From the NCBI GenBank assembly GCA_029560465.1, contig JAKQKX010000045.1, forward strand, positions 280,260 through 344,259: 64,000 nt of DNA. Reading direction: 5' to 3'. Below the pieces are notes generated by a model. That model searched no databases. It was not told where the DNA came from and saw only the letters and a list, made by a program, of their open reading frames with translations. A program made the position numbers and the translations under genes. Numbering within the stretch: position 1 is the first letter of the stretch; every line of letters starts with the position of its first letter. The stretch is from Candidatus Omnitrophota bacterium. Lineage in GTDB: Bacteria; Omnitrophota; Gorgyraeia; Zapsychrales; JANLHA01. Positions 9,881-19,308 of this stretch are shown here, piece by piece.

Positions 9881-10231
9881 TTAACTGCGGATATGGTTCC
9901 GCTCATCCAGGTAAATCACTTTAGTCTTGTAATTTCTGGCATCCTTAGCTTCCATCAACGCGTAGCTTAAGATAATCACTTTATCTCCAACATACCCTTT
10001 TCTCGCAGACGGGCCGTTGAGGCAAATCTGCCCGGACCCGGACTGCCCGGCAATCGCATACGTCTCCAGCCGTTCTCCATTATTCAGGTTCAAGACTTCA
10101 ACCTTTTCCCCGGGGAGGATATCCACCGCTTTTAACAAATCCTCATCCACGGTAATGCTCCCCTCATAATAAAGTTCCGATTCGGTAATCCGGGCATGCG
10201 CTATTTTTGATTTACAAAACGTAATCAGCAT
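9881..10231 (-). CDS. panD: Aspartate 1-decarboxylase
   Basis: KSKI...YEGSIT, NGERLETY, CLNG, GDKVII. Confidence 0.95.
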   Translation of the reverse strand: MLITFCKSKIAHARITESELYYEGSITVDEDLLKAVDILPGEKVEVLNLNNGERLETYAIAGQSGSGQICLNGPSARKGYVGDKVIILSYALMEAKDARNYKTKVIYLDERNHIRS

Positions 10232-10284
10232 TCCAGCCTCTCCTTCATATCTTCTCCTGTCCCAATCCTAACGGAATTCAAACA

Positions 10285-10605
10285 TTAAAGATCCGCTTCA
10301 ATTTTATTCACGATCTGGGCTTTCCCCATCGCCCCGACCATCTGCTTCACAACGTCCCCATTTTTAAAAAGCAGCAGCGTGGGGATGGACATGATTCCAA
10401 ACTGCCCGGCCAGCTCCGGGGATTCATCCACGTTGACTTTAACCACCTTCAGTTTCCCGGCCAATTCATCGGCCACGTCCTCCAAGACAGGGGCGATCAT
10501 CTTGCAGGGGCCGCACCACTCCGCCCAGAAATCCACGAGGACAGGGATTGCCGATTTCACAACTTCCAATTCAAAATTGCCAGCCGTCACTTTTCCTACG
10601 GACAT
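10285..10605 (-). CDS. trxA: Thioredoxin
   Basis: DFWAEWCGPCK, SIPTL. Confidence 0.97.
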   Translation of the reverse strand: MSVGKVTAGNFELEVVKSAIPVLVDFWAEWCGPCKMIAPVLEDVADELAGKLKVVKVNVDESPELAGQFGIMSIPTLLLFKNGDVVKQMVGAMGKAQIVNKIEADL

Positions 10606-10732
10606 AACCTCTCCTCCTTCATATTTTTCATAACTATTAGTTTAGAAAACGATTTACGATTTAGAAGAATATTATATGTATAGAGATTATAAGGTTCAAG
10701 GACTATTTCGTCCCCCTCAAAAGCCCGCCCCG

Positions 10733-10792
10733 AAAAAAACAACAACCTTTTCCATTCCCCAGGGGCAAGCTGCTGGCGCTGAAAAAGGTTGT
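10733..10792 (-). terminator. Probable intrinsic terminator after the radical SAM unit
   Basis: ACAACCTTTT/AAAAGGTTGT 10-bp inverted repeat followed by a T-tract on the minus strand. Confidence 0.55.
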
Positions 10793-10801
10793 CTCTAGAA
10801 A

Positions 10802-11050
10802 TTATACTTTCTCGCTGACGGAAACCATGGGGGGCTCTAGCTCTTCCCGGGAAGGCACATTGTGCGCAGGTTCAGCGGGCGGAGCAGGCTTCCGGCAACA
10901 CACATCAACGGCATTCTGGGGCGTTTTGAAACGCCGTCCCCATCGATATCCCCATTTATAAAGATGCCACGCCACAATGGCGATTAGGGTCATCCCCATA
11001 ATGATGACTGTCGCGAGGTACAAAACACATTGTATGGCAAAACGCTTCAT
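10802..11050 (-). CDS. Small single-TM hypothetical protein
   Basis: 82 aa: TM helix, basic patch, CC, Pro-rich tail; 14 nt downstream of the radical SAM gene. Confidence 0.5.
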   Translation of the reverse strand: MKRFAIQCVLYLATVIIMGMTLIAIVAWHLYKWGYRWGRRFKTPQNAVDVCCRKPAPPAEPAHNVPSREELEPPMVSVSEKV

Positions 11051-11064
11051 GGGCCTCGGGTCCG

Positions 11065-12612
11065 TTAATTAATGGTCAAATCGCTTTTGTAAAAAAGTTC
11101 GTGACGCAGGTACCGGACCAGCGCCAAATCCGGCGCAAAACAGTACATTTTATTTCTCAGTTTTTGCGCGTAATAATAACTCACCGGTCTGGCCAGGGCC
11201 TGGGCCACCGCCCGGAGCTTCCGATTGCTTAAGCTGCCCATCACGTTCATCAAAGCGTTCGACAAAATGCTCATATAAGAGATATTCCCCAAATAAATAC
11301 GTTCCCGTTTCGTCATCCAGGGACTCCTCCGTCCTTCCCAGTCATAATCATCAAATATCCAATCCGCCCACGCTTCCAGGGAGTCCGGGGGGTGAAGACC
11401 GTGTTCCAAAGCCAGGCGATAATCCGGGGTCCCCGGCAAAGGCGTGTAAATAGCGATGGTTTCCATTTGGGCGGCCGGGTTTTCGGCTTTCAGCCGGAAG
11501 CCCAGATCAATGGTCTGGTGAATATCTTCAAACGTTTCCGTGGGATACCCCATCATCAGGCTGAAGGCCGGGATAATCCCGTGCTTCTTGCAGCGCTGGT
11601 TGGCCTGAAGCGTCTGCTCGATCGTGATCCCCTTGTTCATCAAATTCAGGATGCGCTGCGAGCCTGACTCGGCGCCGAATTTTAACGTATAAGCGCCGGC
11701 GCGCTTCAAGACCTCGATATCATAATCCGACGCTTTCATAAAGACATCGGCGCGGGTTCCCGACGTGTAAAAAGAAATATTCAAATTGCGCGCGACCATC
11801 CCTTCACAAATCGTCGTGGCCCGTTTCCGGTCAATATAAAACTCGTCATCCCTCAACCATATCCCGTTAAGCCGGAAGCGGCGAACGTTCTCGGTGATCA
11901 TCTCCAGGCTTTTTTCCACGGACATCGCCCGCCATTTGCGCTGCCGGATCTCTGAACTGCTGCAGAACCCGCAATTAAAAGGGCACCCCCGGCTTGTCTG
12001 CCCGATGTCCAGCACCCGCAGGCTGTTCTGCAGATACATATCCTTGTGGATATATTTTCCCACATCCACGAGTTCCCACGGTGTCGGGAGCAGGGTTTCA
12101 ACATCCAGAAGGGGCCGCGGAGGCGTCTTAATCGCGGACCGGCCGTCGGAATAAAGCAACCCCTTCACCTGCTTTAAGCTCTGTTTGCGATCCAGGGCCT
12201 GGACTGTTTCCACGAACGTTTGGTCCCCCTCCCCCACGATCACGATATCGACATTCTCGTTCTCCAAGGTCTGTTCCGGCATCACCGACGGATGGCACCC
12301 CCCCCATATAATAGGGACCTTGCCGTCCGTCAATTCCCTGACCATGCGGGCCAGATGCAACGCGTGGCGCACCTGGGTCCCGGTCATAGATGATATCCCG
12401 ACACAGATCAAATCAGAAGACACATAACACTTGAGATCATCCATGGTCAGCGGCCTGGTGCGCTGGTCCAGCAGGGTTACAGCGTACCCTGCCTTCAAGA
12501 TCGGGGCGGCCACCGCCAGAAGAGCGTGGGGGGGAGCGATGGTTGAACCGAAATCCATCCCCGTCTTCGGATATAGCAGCAAGACCTGCGGTTTAGAAAC
12601 ATTTTTGATCAT
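11065..12612 (-). CDS. Cobalamin-binding-domain radical SAM protein
   Basis: N-terminal B12-binding fold (GISSMT, WGGCHPS, GEGD); [11 protein letters not shown]; GAESGS; MMGYPTET. Confidence 0.93.
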   Translation of the reverse strand: MIKNVSKPQVLLLYPKTGMDFGSTIAPPHALLAVAAPILKAGYAVTLLDQRTRPLTMDDLKCYVSSDLICVGISSMTGTQVRHALHLARMVRELTDGKVPIIWGGCHPSVMPEQTLENENVDIVIVGEGDQTFVETVQALDRKQSLKQVKGLLYSDGRSAIKTPPRPLLDVETLLPTPWELVDVGKYIHKDMYLQNSLRVLDIGQTSRGCPFNCGFCSSSEIRQRKWRAMSVEKSLEMITENVRRFRLNGIWLRDDEFYIDRKRATTICEGMVARNLNISFYTSGTRADVFMKASDYDIEVLKRAGAYTLKFGAESGSQRILNLMNKGITIEQTLQANQRCKKHGIIPAFSLMMGYPTETFEDIHQTIDLGFRLKAENPAAQMETIAIYTPLPGTPDYRLALEHGLHPPDSLEAWADWIFDDYDWEGRRSPWMTKRERIYLGNISYMSILSNALMNVMGSLSNRKLRAVAQALARPVSYYYAQKLRNKMYCFAPDLALVRYLRHELFYKSDLTIN

Positions 12613-12637
12613 TCGGACCTTATGGCAAACACATAAT

Positions 12638-12663
12638 AAAAAAACTCTGACGGGTCATCAGAG
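12638..12663 (-). terminator. Intrinsic terminator in the 5' leader of the radical SAM gene
   Basis: CTCTGATGACCCGTCAGAG followed by T7, about 25 nt before the start codon. Confidence 0.75.
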
Positions 12664-12770
12664 CAGGTTGTCTTTATTTCAAGATATCATTGCCGGCAGC
12701 TCAAGACACATGCGGGTATTTTTCATTTCGACCCAAGGCGTGTTTTAAAAGTATCACCTAAACGCCAAAT

Positions 12771-12799
12771 ATTATATTAACCAACGCGCTGATGCGCAA
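12771..12799 (-). promoter_or_regulatory. Sigma70-type promoter
   Basis: TTGCGC-17 nt-TATAAT. Confidence 0.6.
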
Positions 12800-12827
12800 T
12801 AAAAATAATCAGATCTTCACAATATCT

Positions 12828-13604
12828 TCACAAATTCCTGGCATCCGTGAGTTTGCGGCTCACGCCGGCCGGAGCCCCCTCCCCTTTCTTTAGATGGGCC
12901 AACACCCGGGCAGAGGAAAACAGCCCGGCAAGAAGGACAAAGCAGATGCTGTATATGACAAAAATCACGCTGGAGCGGACCGTGTGGTCTTTGCTCAAAC
13001 GTGAAAATTTATAAAAAATATAGACCCATACGGAAAAATATGACACCACGGCCGCTGGAAGAATCAACAACAGGGTTCCGGAAATCATATCCTGGAATTG
13101 AACGGGAACCGCCCGGATTTTAAACCAGTGGTGGGTAAAAAGAAGAGAAAACAGCAACATCGCGGCCCCGCAGGTGACAAACATCCCGGGCAAACAGACC
13201 CCTTCTTCTTTATACCACCCCGGCGGCCGCCGCGTGAGGTAATACCTGAAAGGGAGATAGGTGAGGACTGAGGACCAAAAAAGTATAACCGAAAGCGCGG
13301 AAAGAATATCAAACGGGTTGATCCCGGGTTGCTGATACTGCCGCCAGTTCAACAAGAACACAGCCGCGCCTATCAGCAGGCAAACCCCGTAAATCATCAG
13401 GACAACTTTGCCCCGCGACTTTTTACGCTGTTCATACAGGGTTTCTTCGTGGATATCAAAAATACCCTTCCGGTGAGTTGTTTCGAATCTGACGATCAGC
13501 GGATTCAAGACGAACAAATAAAAAAAGGTTGGGATAAACGAAAGGATCGCCGCCCAGAAACTGACAACGAAAAGCCCGACGCAAATATTAAAAATGACAA
13601 TCAC
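12828..13604 (-). CDS. Hypothetical 6-TM membrane protein with three internal repeats
   Basis: Three similar 2-TM units; last gene of the signalling operon. Confidence 0.7.
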   Translation of the reverse strand: MIVIFNICVGLFVVSFWAAILSFIPTFFYLFVLNPLIVRFETTHRKGIFDIHEETLYEQRKKSRGKVVLMIYGVCLLIGAAVFLLNWRQYQQPGINPFDILSALSVILFWSSVLTYLPFRYYLTRRPPGWYKEEGVCLPGMFVTCGAAMLLFSLLFTHHWFKIRAVPVQFQDMISGTLLLILPAAVVSYFSVWVYIFYKFSRLSKDHTVRSSVIFVIYSICFVLLAGLFSSARVLAHLKKGEGAPAGVSRKLTDARNL

Positions 13605-13624
13605 CGAGCCTCCCCGTTATCGTC

Positions 13625-14551
13625 TTAACCGCTTTTCAGCAGTTGAAGGGCACGCTTGAACATCGCGTACCCTTCATCGTTAATAATGAAACCCAACTCC
13701 TTCTGCCCGGCCGCGTTCACCCGTTCGCCGGTGCGGCCAATCACTTTATAAATAATGATCGGGATGTCCTTCAACCGCGGCGTCTGCTTAAGGCTCTCCG
13801 CCAGGTCTTCCGCGTTGATCTCCCCGAACGCATGCTTCAAGATCAGGAGGTCCGGGGTATGATTCATCAGGTTCTCCCGGCAGTCACTGGCCGTCACGAC
13901 CACATCCACTTCAAAGCCGCATTTGGAAAAAAGCGACTGCAGTTCCCGGAAAACAAGCGGGTCATTTTCCAGGATCAGGATATTTTTCCGATTCCGAAAA
14001 CTTTCCTGTCTTTTTTCTTTCGCCGCCTCCGCTTTCTTCATCATGGCTCCCGGGGAAGATTCTATTTCCATATCCGCGGTCCGCACGTTCACCATCTGGT
14101 CATCCACAATCGCCTCTACGGTATCATCCAAGACCGACCGCCGCGTCCTAGCCGGCGACGATGTGTCCTCTCCGTCGCCCCCAGCGCTTTGGGACAACGC
14201 AGCATTAATCTTTTCAAGCAACTCCTGCATAGTGAACGGTTTCTCCATAAAGGAATCCACCTGCAGGATCTCAAAATAATCCCGCATATTGGCCCGGGCG
14301 GTCAGAATAACAAAGGGGATATTTTTCCCAAAATCCGTTTTCTTAAGTTCCTTATAAAACTGGTTCCCGTCTTTTTTCGGCATGATCACATCGGACAGGA
14401 TGAGATCAGGCTGGATTTCCCGCGCTTTCGCGAATCCTTCCTCCCCGTCACACGCCTGGTGAACTTCATAACCAGCCATCTTCAACTGTTCGGCAACCAG
14501 CATCCGCAGGTCTTTTTCATCTTCAACAATCAAAATCTTTTTGGGCGGCAT
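13625..14551 (-). CDS. Response regulator: REC + linker + degenerate REC
   Basis: ILIVEDE...DLILSDVIMP...EKP; second domain ILILEND...DLLILKH lacks the phospho-acceptor Asp. Confidence 0.88.
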   Translation of the reverse strand: MPPKKILIVEDEKDLRMLVAEQLKMAGYEVHQACDGEEGFAKAREIQPDLILSDVIMPKKDGNQFYKELKKTDFGKNIPFVILTARANMRDYFEILQVDSFMEKPFTMQELLEKINAALSQSAGGDGEDTSSPARTRRSVLDDTVEAIVDDQMVNVRTADMEIESSPGAMMKKAEAAKEKRQESFRNRKNILILENDPLVFRELQSLFSKCGFEVDVVVTASDCRENLMNHTPDLLILKHAFGEINAEDLAESLKQTPRLKDIPIIIYKVIGRTGERVNAAGQKELGFIINDEGYAMFKRALQLLKSG

Positions 14552-14561
14552 CGATTCTCCC

Positions 14562-15038
14562 TTATCTCGAACGGATCGCTTGCGCGATCGCGTCTACCAG
14601 TGTTTTAAAATCAAACGGCTTGGTTAAAAACCCCTGCACCCCGAAAGCCTTGGCAATTTCCTCGATATTATATTCGGAAATAATGACCTTCTCATTATAA
14701 TCCTGGGGCAAATCCGGATCAACCTGCGCATTCCATTTAGTCTGCTCACTATGCTGAAACAACGTCAATTCCCCCAACCCGCTCATCAGGATAATCGGGG
14801 TGTTTTTGGTTTCAGGGTTATTGCGGATATCCTTGATCAACCGGTCTCCCTTGATCTGCGGCATCACCAAGTCGGAAAGGACAAGATCAGGGTGCAGGGT
14901 AAAAACCAGTTCCCGGCCCGTAATCCCGTCATACGCCAAATGCACTTCGTATCCTTGCGACTGTTCCAGAATATCTTTAACGAGTCTTGCTAAATCTTTT
15001 TCATCATCAATCACAACGATCACTTTTTTATCCGCCAT
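14562..15038 (-). CDS. Single-domain response regulator with internal insertion
   Basis: VVIDDE, DLVLSDLVMP, ILMSG, FLTKPF. Confidence 0.9.
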   Translation of the reverse strand: MADKKVIVVIDDEKDLARLVKDILEQSQGYEVHLAYDGITGRELVFTLHPDLVLSDLVMPQIKGDRLIKDIRNNPETKNTPIILMSGLGELTLFQHSEQTKWNAQVDPDLPQDYNEKVIISEYNIEEIAKAFGVQGFLTKPFDFKTLVDAIAQAIRSR

Positions 15039-18000
15039 GGTCTTCCCCCTTTTCGGCTAACCTTGTCTTTAACGGAAGCCTCACCGTTACCGTCGTCCCT
15101 TCCCCTTCCTCGCTTTCCGCCTCAATGCTCCCTTCGTGCCGTTCAACAATCTTATAAACCAGACTTAATCCCAGCCCCGTTCCTTCCCCCTGGTCTTTGG
15201 TCGTGTAAAACGGCTCAAAAATCCTTTTCAGCACCTGCGGAGGCATCCCACAGCCGGTATCAATCACTTTCATTTCCACGACCTGGCGCCCGGTCTTCCC
15301 ATCGGTCACCACGTCTGTTTCCAGCGTAATCCCTCCGTCATCGGCAATAGCATCAATGGCATTGCTCAAAATATTCAGGACCACCTGGGTGATCAGGACC
15401 GGGTCCCCCTCCATGATGACCGGGCCGTCCTGCAGGAACCGGGTGATGTACTGGATATTTTTCATGATCGACTTCTTCTTGGCAAAATCCAGGGCCTTCT
15501 GGATGACATCAATAAAATCAAAAGGCATAATTTTCATCTCTGCCTGGCGGGAAAAGGATAAAAGGTCCCCCACAACCTTGTTCGCCCGGTGCACAGCGTC
15601 TTTCACTATTTTAAGCCGCTCTTTTAACTCCGGCTTCATATCCGGCTGAATCATCTCAAACGATTCGATGCTCAGCGTGATGATCGCCAGGGGGTTTTTG
15701 ATTTCATGCGCGACACCGGCGGACAGCTGCCCGACAGCCGACATTTTTTCCGACTGTAAAAGCTGCTCCTGCGTCTGGCGGAGCTCCTGGTTCACCTTGG
15801 CCAGGTCATTGAATAAATGCTTTTTCAGCTCATCCTCTTTTTTCCGGTCAGAAATATCGGTCGAAATGCCCAACACGCCGATGACCTCGTCTTTATGGTT
15901 GAGCAGCGGGACCTTGCTGGACAGCAGGAAAACCGACTGGCCGTTATGAATGCGTTTGGTTTCTTCAAAATCAATGATCGCTTTCTTCTGCAAGATGACT
16001 TTCTGGTCGGTTTCCCGGGAGTACGTCACCTCCTCCGGTGCCCACGGGAGGTCGGCATCCGTCTTGCCGATGATGTGTTCCGGGTAGGCCAACCCGGCTT
16101 TCTGCGCAAAAGTAATATTGCACCCGAAATATTTCCCGGTGACATCTTTCCAATAAACATCACAGGGGATCCGCGCGAGCAGGTTGGCAAAGAGGTCTTT
16201 TTGGCTCTTCAGCTGGCTCTCCATCTGCCGCCGGGCCGTGACATCAACGGCATATTGAATGACATAAGCGACCTCCCCCTTGGGGTCCAATATCGGGCTG
16301 CCCACCACTTCAAAAATCTTCATGGTCCCGTCCGGAGCGCGATGCACCTGCTCGGCCGTAAAAACTTTCTTCGAGGCCCGGACGATTTCCTCAAGGCATG
16401 GTTCGCCGGCTTCGGAGGATGGGAAATCCCCTTGGAGCATGGCTTGGCAAAACTCGTTTTCCTTATACCCCTCGGCCGCCTTATTGGACAACAGGACCCT
16501 GCGGGTCTTCACATCAAGCACACACAAAGGATAATGAAAAGAATTAATAATGGACGTCAAAAATGTGTTTTGATTCTTAATCTCCTGCTCGGCATCAATC
16601 CAATTCGTCACATCATCATAAATGGAAACGATTTCAGTCTCGGACAATTTATACACCTGGTTACGCACCCATAGGCGCAACCGCGTATCTTCATACTGCG
16701 CCAACAAGACTTCCGGAACCCCGGTCCGGTGAACCCGCTGGAAGACCTCAAAAAGGCCCATGGACTCAACCCCGGGGAAAACGTCTTTGACGCTCTTATT
16801 AAGGATATCCGCCTGTGTCCCTCCGGTAATAATTTCCGCCGCGTGATTATATTCCTGAAAAACAAAATCCTCCCCCCCGTTGACCACTTTATAAACCGCC
16901 ATGGCAGACGGCATGTTCTCATACAGCTCCCGGTATTTCTTCTCGCTTCGGCTCAACCGCCGGTTCAAAATGGCCATCTTCACAACGGCCAGGATGACGA
17001 AAAGGATAAGGATCCCCAACGCCATCAGCCAAAGGCCATACTGGTAAAATAATTTATCCAGCGTGACCCTCCCGTACTCCGCGTAAATCCCTACCCGGAA
17101 TTGGCGCATCAAAGCGTGCACCGACTCGTAGCTTAACGGCGTGATCCAGGACCCGTATTCGCCCCGGACCGCGGCATAGTCGTCTCTCTCCATGCCCAGC
17201 AACGCCACCACGACTTCTTTTGCGATCCTTTCATCCGTGTGCCTCAATTTGGCCAACGGCCAAGCTGGGTACAAACGGGTGAACGGCTTGATTTCGTGCC
17301 CGGCCGCGTATTTTCTTTGAAACTCCCTATGGAACTCCGCATGCGAGATAAACCGGTCACCAACCAGGACTGAAAAACGGTCCAGATCGACCTTCCCTTC
17401 CGCCGTCATGCCTTCAAGAACCCCTGCCTTGGCCATCCCGGCGTCGGCCCTGCCGGCCAGCACCGCCATCACCACCTCGTCTTCGATTTTCCCAAAATCA
17501 ACTTTAGAAAAAAACCGGAACGGGTCAATGCGCCGGCGGATCAATTCCTCGTACCCGGCCAGCCACCCGCCCAAAGACAAGGGATCAACAGCCATTAAAG
17601 ACTTGCCTCTTAAATCGGCAAGCGTTTTGATATCCTTCCGGCCGGACCGAATGAACATCACCCCCCCGTAAGCGACGCGCAAATCAGAAGGCGAAAGCCC
17701 GGCAAGCGTCGCGATGCGCCGGGCGCCGCAAAGGACCTCCATGTCCACGTACAACATTGGATTTGCCAAGAGGAAATCAACCTGCTGCGCGCGCACAGCC
17801 GAATGGACTTCCTGAAAATCCAAAGGGACGATTTCAAAAGATGCATAAGGGATCTTGTGGGTTAAATAATCCGCGGTCGCGTTGAATTGCCGGTAACATT
17901 GCGACTTGCCCCGGATGGCAAGGATTCCAATCTTATAGTGTTGAACGGATTCTTGTCCGGCGGCCCAATTATAAAAAACCAGGCCCAAAGCCGCCATCAG

Positions 18001-18054
18001 GCCTGTCAGGACGCACAATATTTTTAAAGGACGCCGGCTCATCTCTTGATCCAA
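15028..18054 (-). CDS. Sensor histidine kinase: PhnD/TtrS-like periplasmic domain, TM, three PAS domains, HisKA, HATPase
   Basis: H-box AGVAHEIKNPL, N-box NILSNAIDA, DTGCG, FEPFYTTK, GTGLGL; periplasmic SLGGW and YPAWP. Confidence 0.93.
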   Translation of the reverse strand: MDQEMSRRPLKILCVLTGLMAALGLVFYNWAAGQESVQHYKIGILAIRGKSQCYRQFNATADYLTHKIPYASFEIVPLDFQEVHSAVRAQQVDFLLANPMLYVDMEVLCGARRIATLAGLSPSDLRVAYGGVMFIRSGRKDIKTLADLRGKSLMAVDPLSLGGWLAGYEELIRRRIDPFRFFSKVDFGKIEDEVVMAVLAGRADAGMAKAGVLEGMTAEGKVDLDRFSVLVGDRFISHAEFHREFQRKYAAGHEIKPFTRLYPAWPLAKLRHTDERIAKEVVVALLGMERDDYAAVRGEYGSWITPLSYESVHALMRQFRVGIYAEYGRVTLDKLFYQYGLWLMALGILILFVILAVVKMAILNRRLSRSEKKYRELYENMPSAMAVYKVVNGGEDFVFQEYNHAAEIITGGTQADILNKSVKDVFPGVESMGLFEVFQRVHRTGVPEVLLAQYEDTRLRLWVRNQVYKLSETEIVSIYDDVTNWIDAEQEIKNQNTFLTSIINSFHYPLCVLDVKTRRVLLSNKAAEGYKENEFCQAMLQGDFPSSEAGEPCLEEIVRASKKVFTAEQVHRAPDGTMKIFEVVGSPILDPKGEVAYVIQYAVDVTARRQMESQLKSQKDLFANLLARIPCDVYWKDVTGKYFGCNITFAQKAGLAYPEHIIGKTDADLPWAPEEVTYSRETDQKVILQKKAIIDFEETKRIHNGQSVFLLSSKVPLLNHKDEVIGVLGISTDISDRKKEDELKKHLFNDLAKVNQELRQTQEQLLQSEKMSAVGQLSAGVAHEIKNPLAIITLSIESFEMIQPDMKPELKERLKIVKDAVHRANKVVGDLLSFSRQAEMKIMPFDFIDVIQKALDFAKKKSIMKNIQYITRFLQDGPVIMEGDPVLITQVVLNILSNAIDAIADDGGITLETDVVTDGKTGRQVVEMKVIDTGCGMPPQVLKRIFEPFYTTKDQGEGTGLGLSLVYKIVERHEGSIEAESEEGEGTTVTVRLPLKTRLAEKGEDHGG

Positions 18055-19076
18055 TCCATTCCCGATGATTGTTCTTCCGACAGAGATAGGCCGCTGGCCT
18101 GCAACGCCGGTAAATTTAACATTTTATCAACTTTCTCAAGTCTTTTAACAGGAAGATTCTTCAGGGGAACTCCGTTGACAAGCTTCAGCGCCATAGCGCC
18201 GGCTTCCCTGCCGTGGGCGTACCCGGATTCCCCGGCCGCGCACAGCATCCCGTCTTCAACCGCGAAATTAAAAAACCCGACCACTGGGATATCCGCATGA
18301 TTCAAGGTCCACTGGATGATATCGCGCGGAGGAAGGCTTTCGTTCGTCCCGGGTAATTTAACCGTGTTGTAGAGATACACAAAAAGCGCGTCGGCGTAAA
18401 CATTATAATGTTTGACCCTCTTCTGCCAGGTTGGAAAATCATGAATAATATGATAACCCAGGATTTTAATCCCCTCCGGGGGGTTACGCGTCAGAAGCGC
18501 GTAAGCGCCCAGGGAGTCCAGGCTGTCATCGCTTAAGACCGCCACTGTCCTAATTTTCGGGTTTATCTCCTTTAACAGCGCGACCGCCTCTTCAAAATGA
18601 GGGCGCTCCACAAGGCCGGTCACGTTAACGGCCGGTAAGCCGTAATCTTCCAGATCCCCGTTGACACCGCAAAAAACAAAAAATGGGTTCTTCGGCCCAG
18701 CGTATTGTTGGGTCACATATCTTTGCGCGTCATCATCCGTGGCAATCACCGCGTCGGGTTTAAATTCCCGAATCTTCTCTTGGGCCTGACGGCCGACTTT
18801 AAGTTTCCATTCAATCGAAGAGTTCCGGAATGTGTCCATATAAAAACTTTCCAGAAGAACAGGGCTGTTTTTAAAAGCGTCGTGGACTCCTTGCGTAATA
18901 TCTTTCACCCAGGGGGAATCCTCATGCCCGCTGTGCACCAGCAATATCCGTTTAACATCCGTGGCCTGACCGCGCGCGGCGGGGAGGGAGAAAAGCAGTA
19001 CGAAGATCCCAAAACTCCACGGGAGGGTCAAAATAAAATTTCTTTGGAAAGCCTGAAAATTTTTCATGAAAAACAT
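18039..19076 (-). CDS. Periplasmic ABC-type substrate-binding-like protein
   Basis: Signal peptide; FYMDT, PDAVIATDDDA, VFCGVN, NVTG motifs; start uncertain (19067-19181). Confidence 0.8.
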   Translation of the reverse strand: MFFMKNFQAFQRNFILTLPWSFGIFVLLFSLPAARGQATDVKRILLVHSGHEDSPWVKDITQGVHDAFKNSPVLLESFYMDTFRNSSIEWKLKVGRQAQEKIREFKPDAVIATDDDAQRYVTQQYAGPKNPFFVFCGVNGDLEDYGLPAVNVTGLVERPHFEEAVALLKEINPKIRTVAVLSDDSLDSLGAYALLTRNPPEGIKILGYHIIHDFPTWQKRVKHYNVYADALFVYLYNTVKLPGTNESLPPRDIIQWTLNHADIPVVGFFNFAVEDGMLCAAGESGYAHGREAGAMALKLVNGVPLKNLPVKRLEKVDKMLNLPALQASGLSLSEEQSSGMDWIKR

Positions 19077-19115
19077 CCGTGTCTTTCCCCGCGTCCCTCC
19101 AGGGCAGGCGAACGC

Positions 19116-19143
19116 CGGGCGAATCGGCGCGCCGATTCGCCCG
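19116..19143. repeat. 28-bp perfect palindrome without spacer
   Basis: CGGGCGAATCGGCG|CGCCGATTCGCCCG. Confidence 0.95.
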
Positions 19144-19215
19144 CACAAAATTTTTATGAAACGGCCTCTCCTGAGAGTCATTACTCTTTATCTGCTAAGA
19201 ATTTAGATTATTTTT

Positions 19216-19244
19216 AGTATAACTTCGAAAGAAATGAAGCACAA
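19216..19244 (-). promoter_or_regulatory. Sigma70-type promoter of the sensor operon
   Basis: TTGTGC-17 nt-TATACT. Confidence 0.5.
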
Positions 19245-19308
19245 TAAGAATAGTATCTTTTTAGGCGGGCCGCCGCTGGGGACAAGAGGACCATGATCGG
19301 CCGCGGCA

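Noticed and set aside
12655-12700. Fluoride riboswitch-like GGCAATGA...CTGATGAC
   Set aside because: P1 and pseudoknot pairings do not form
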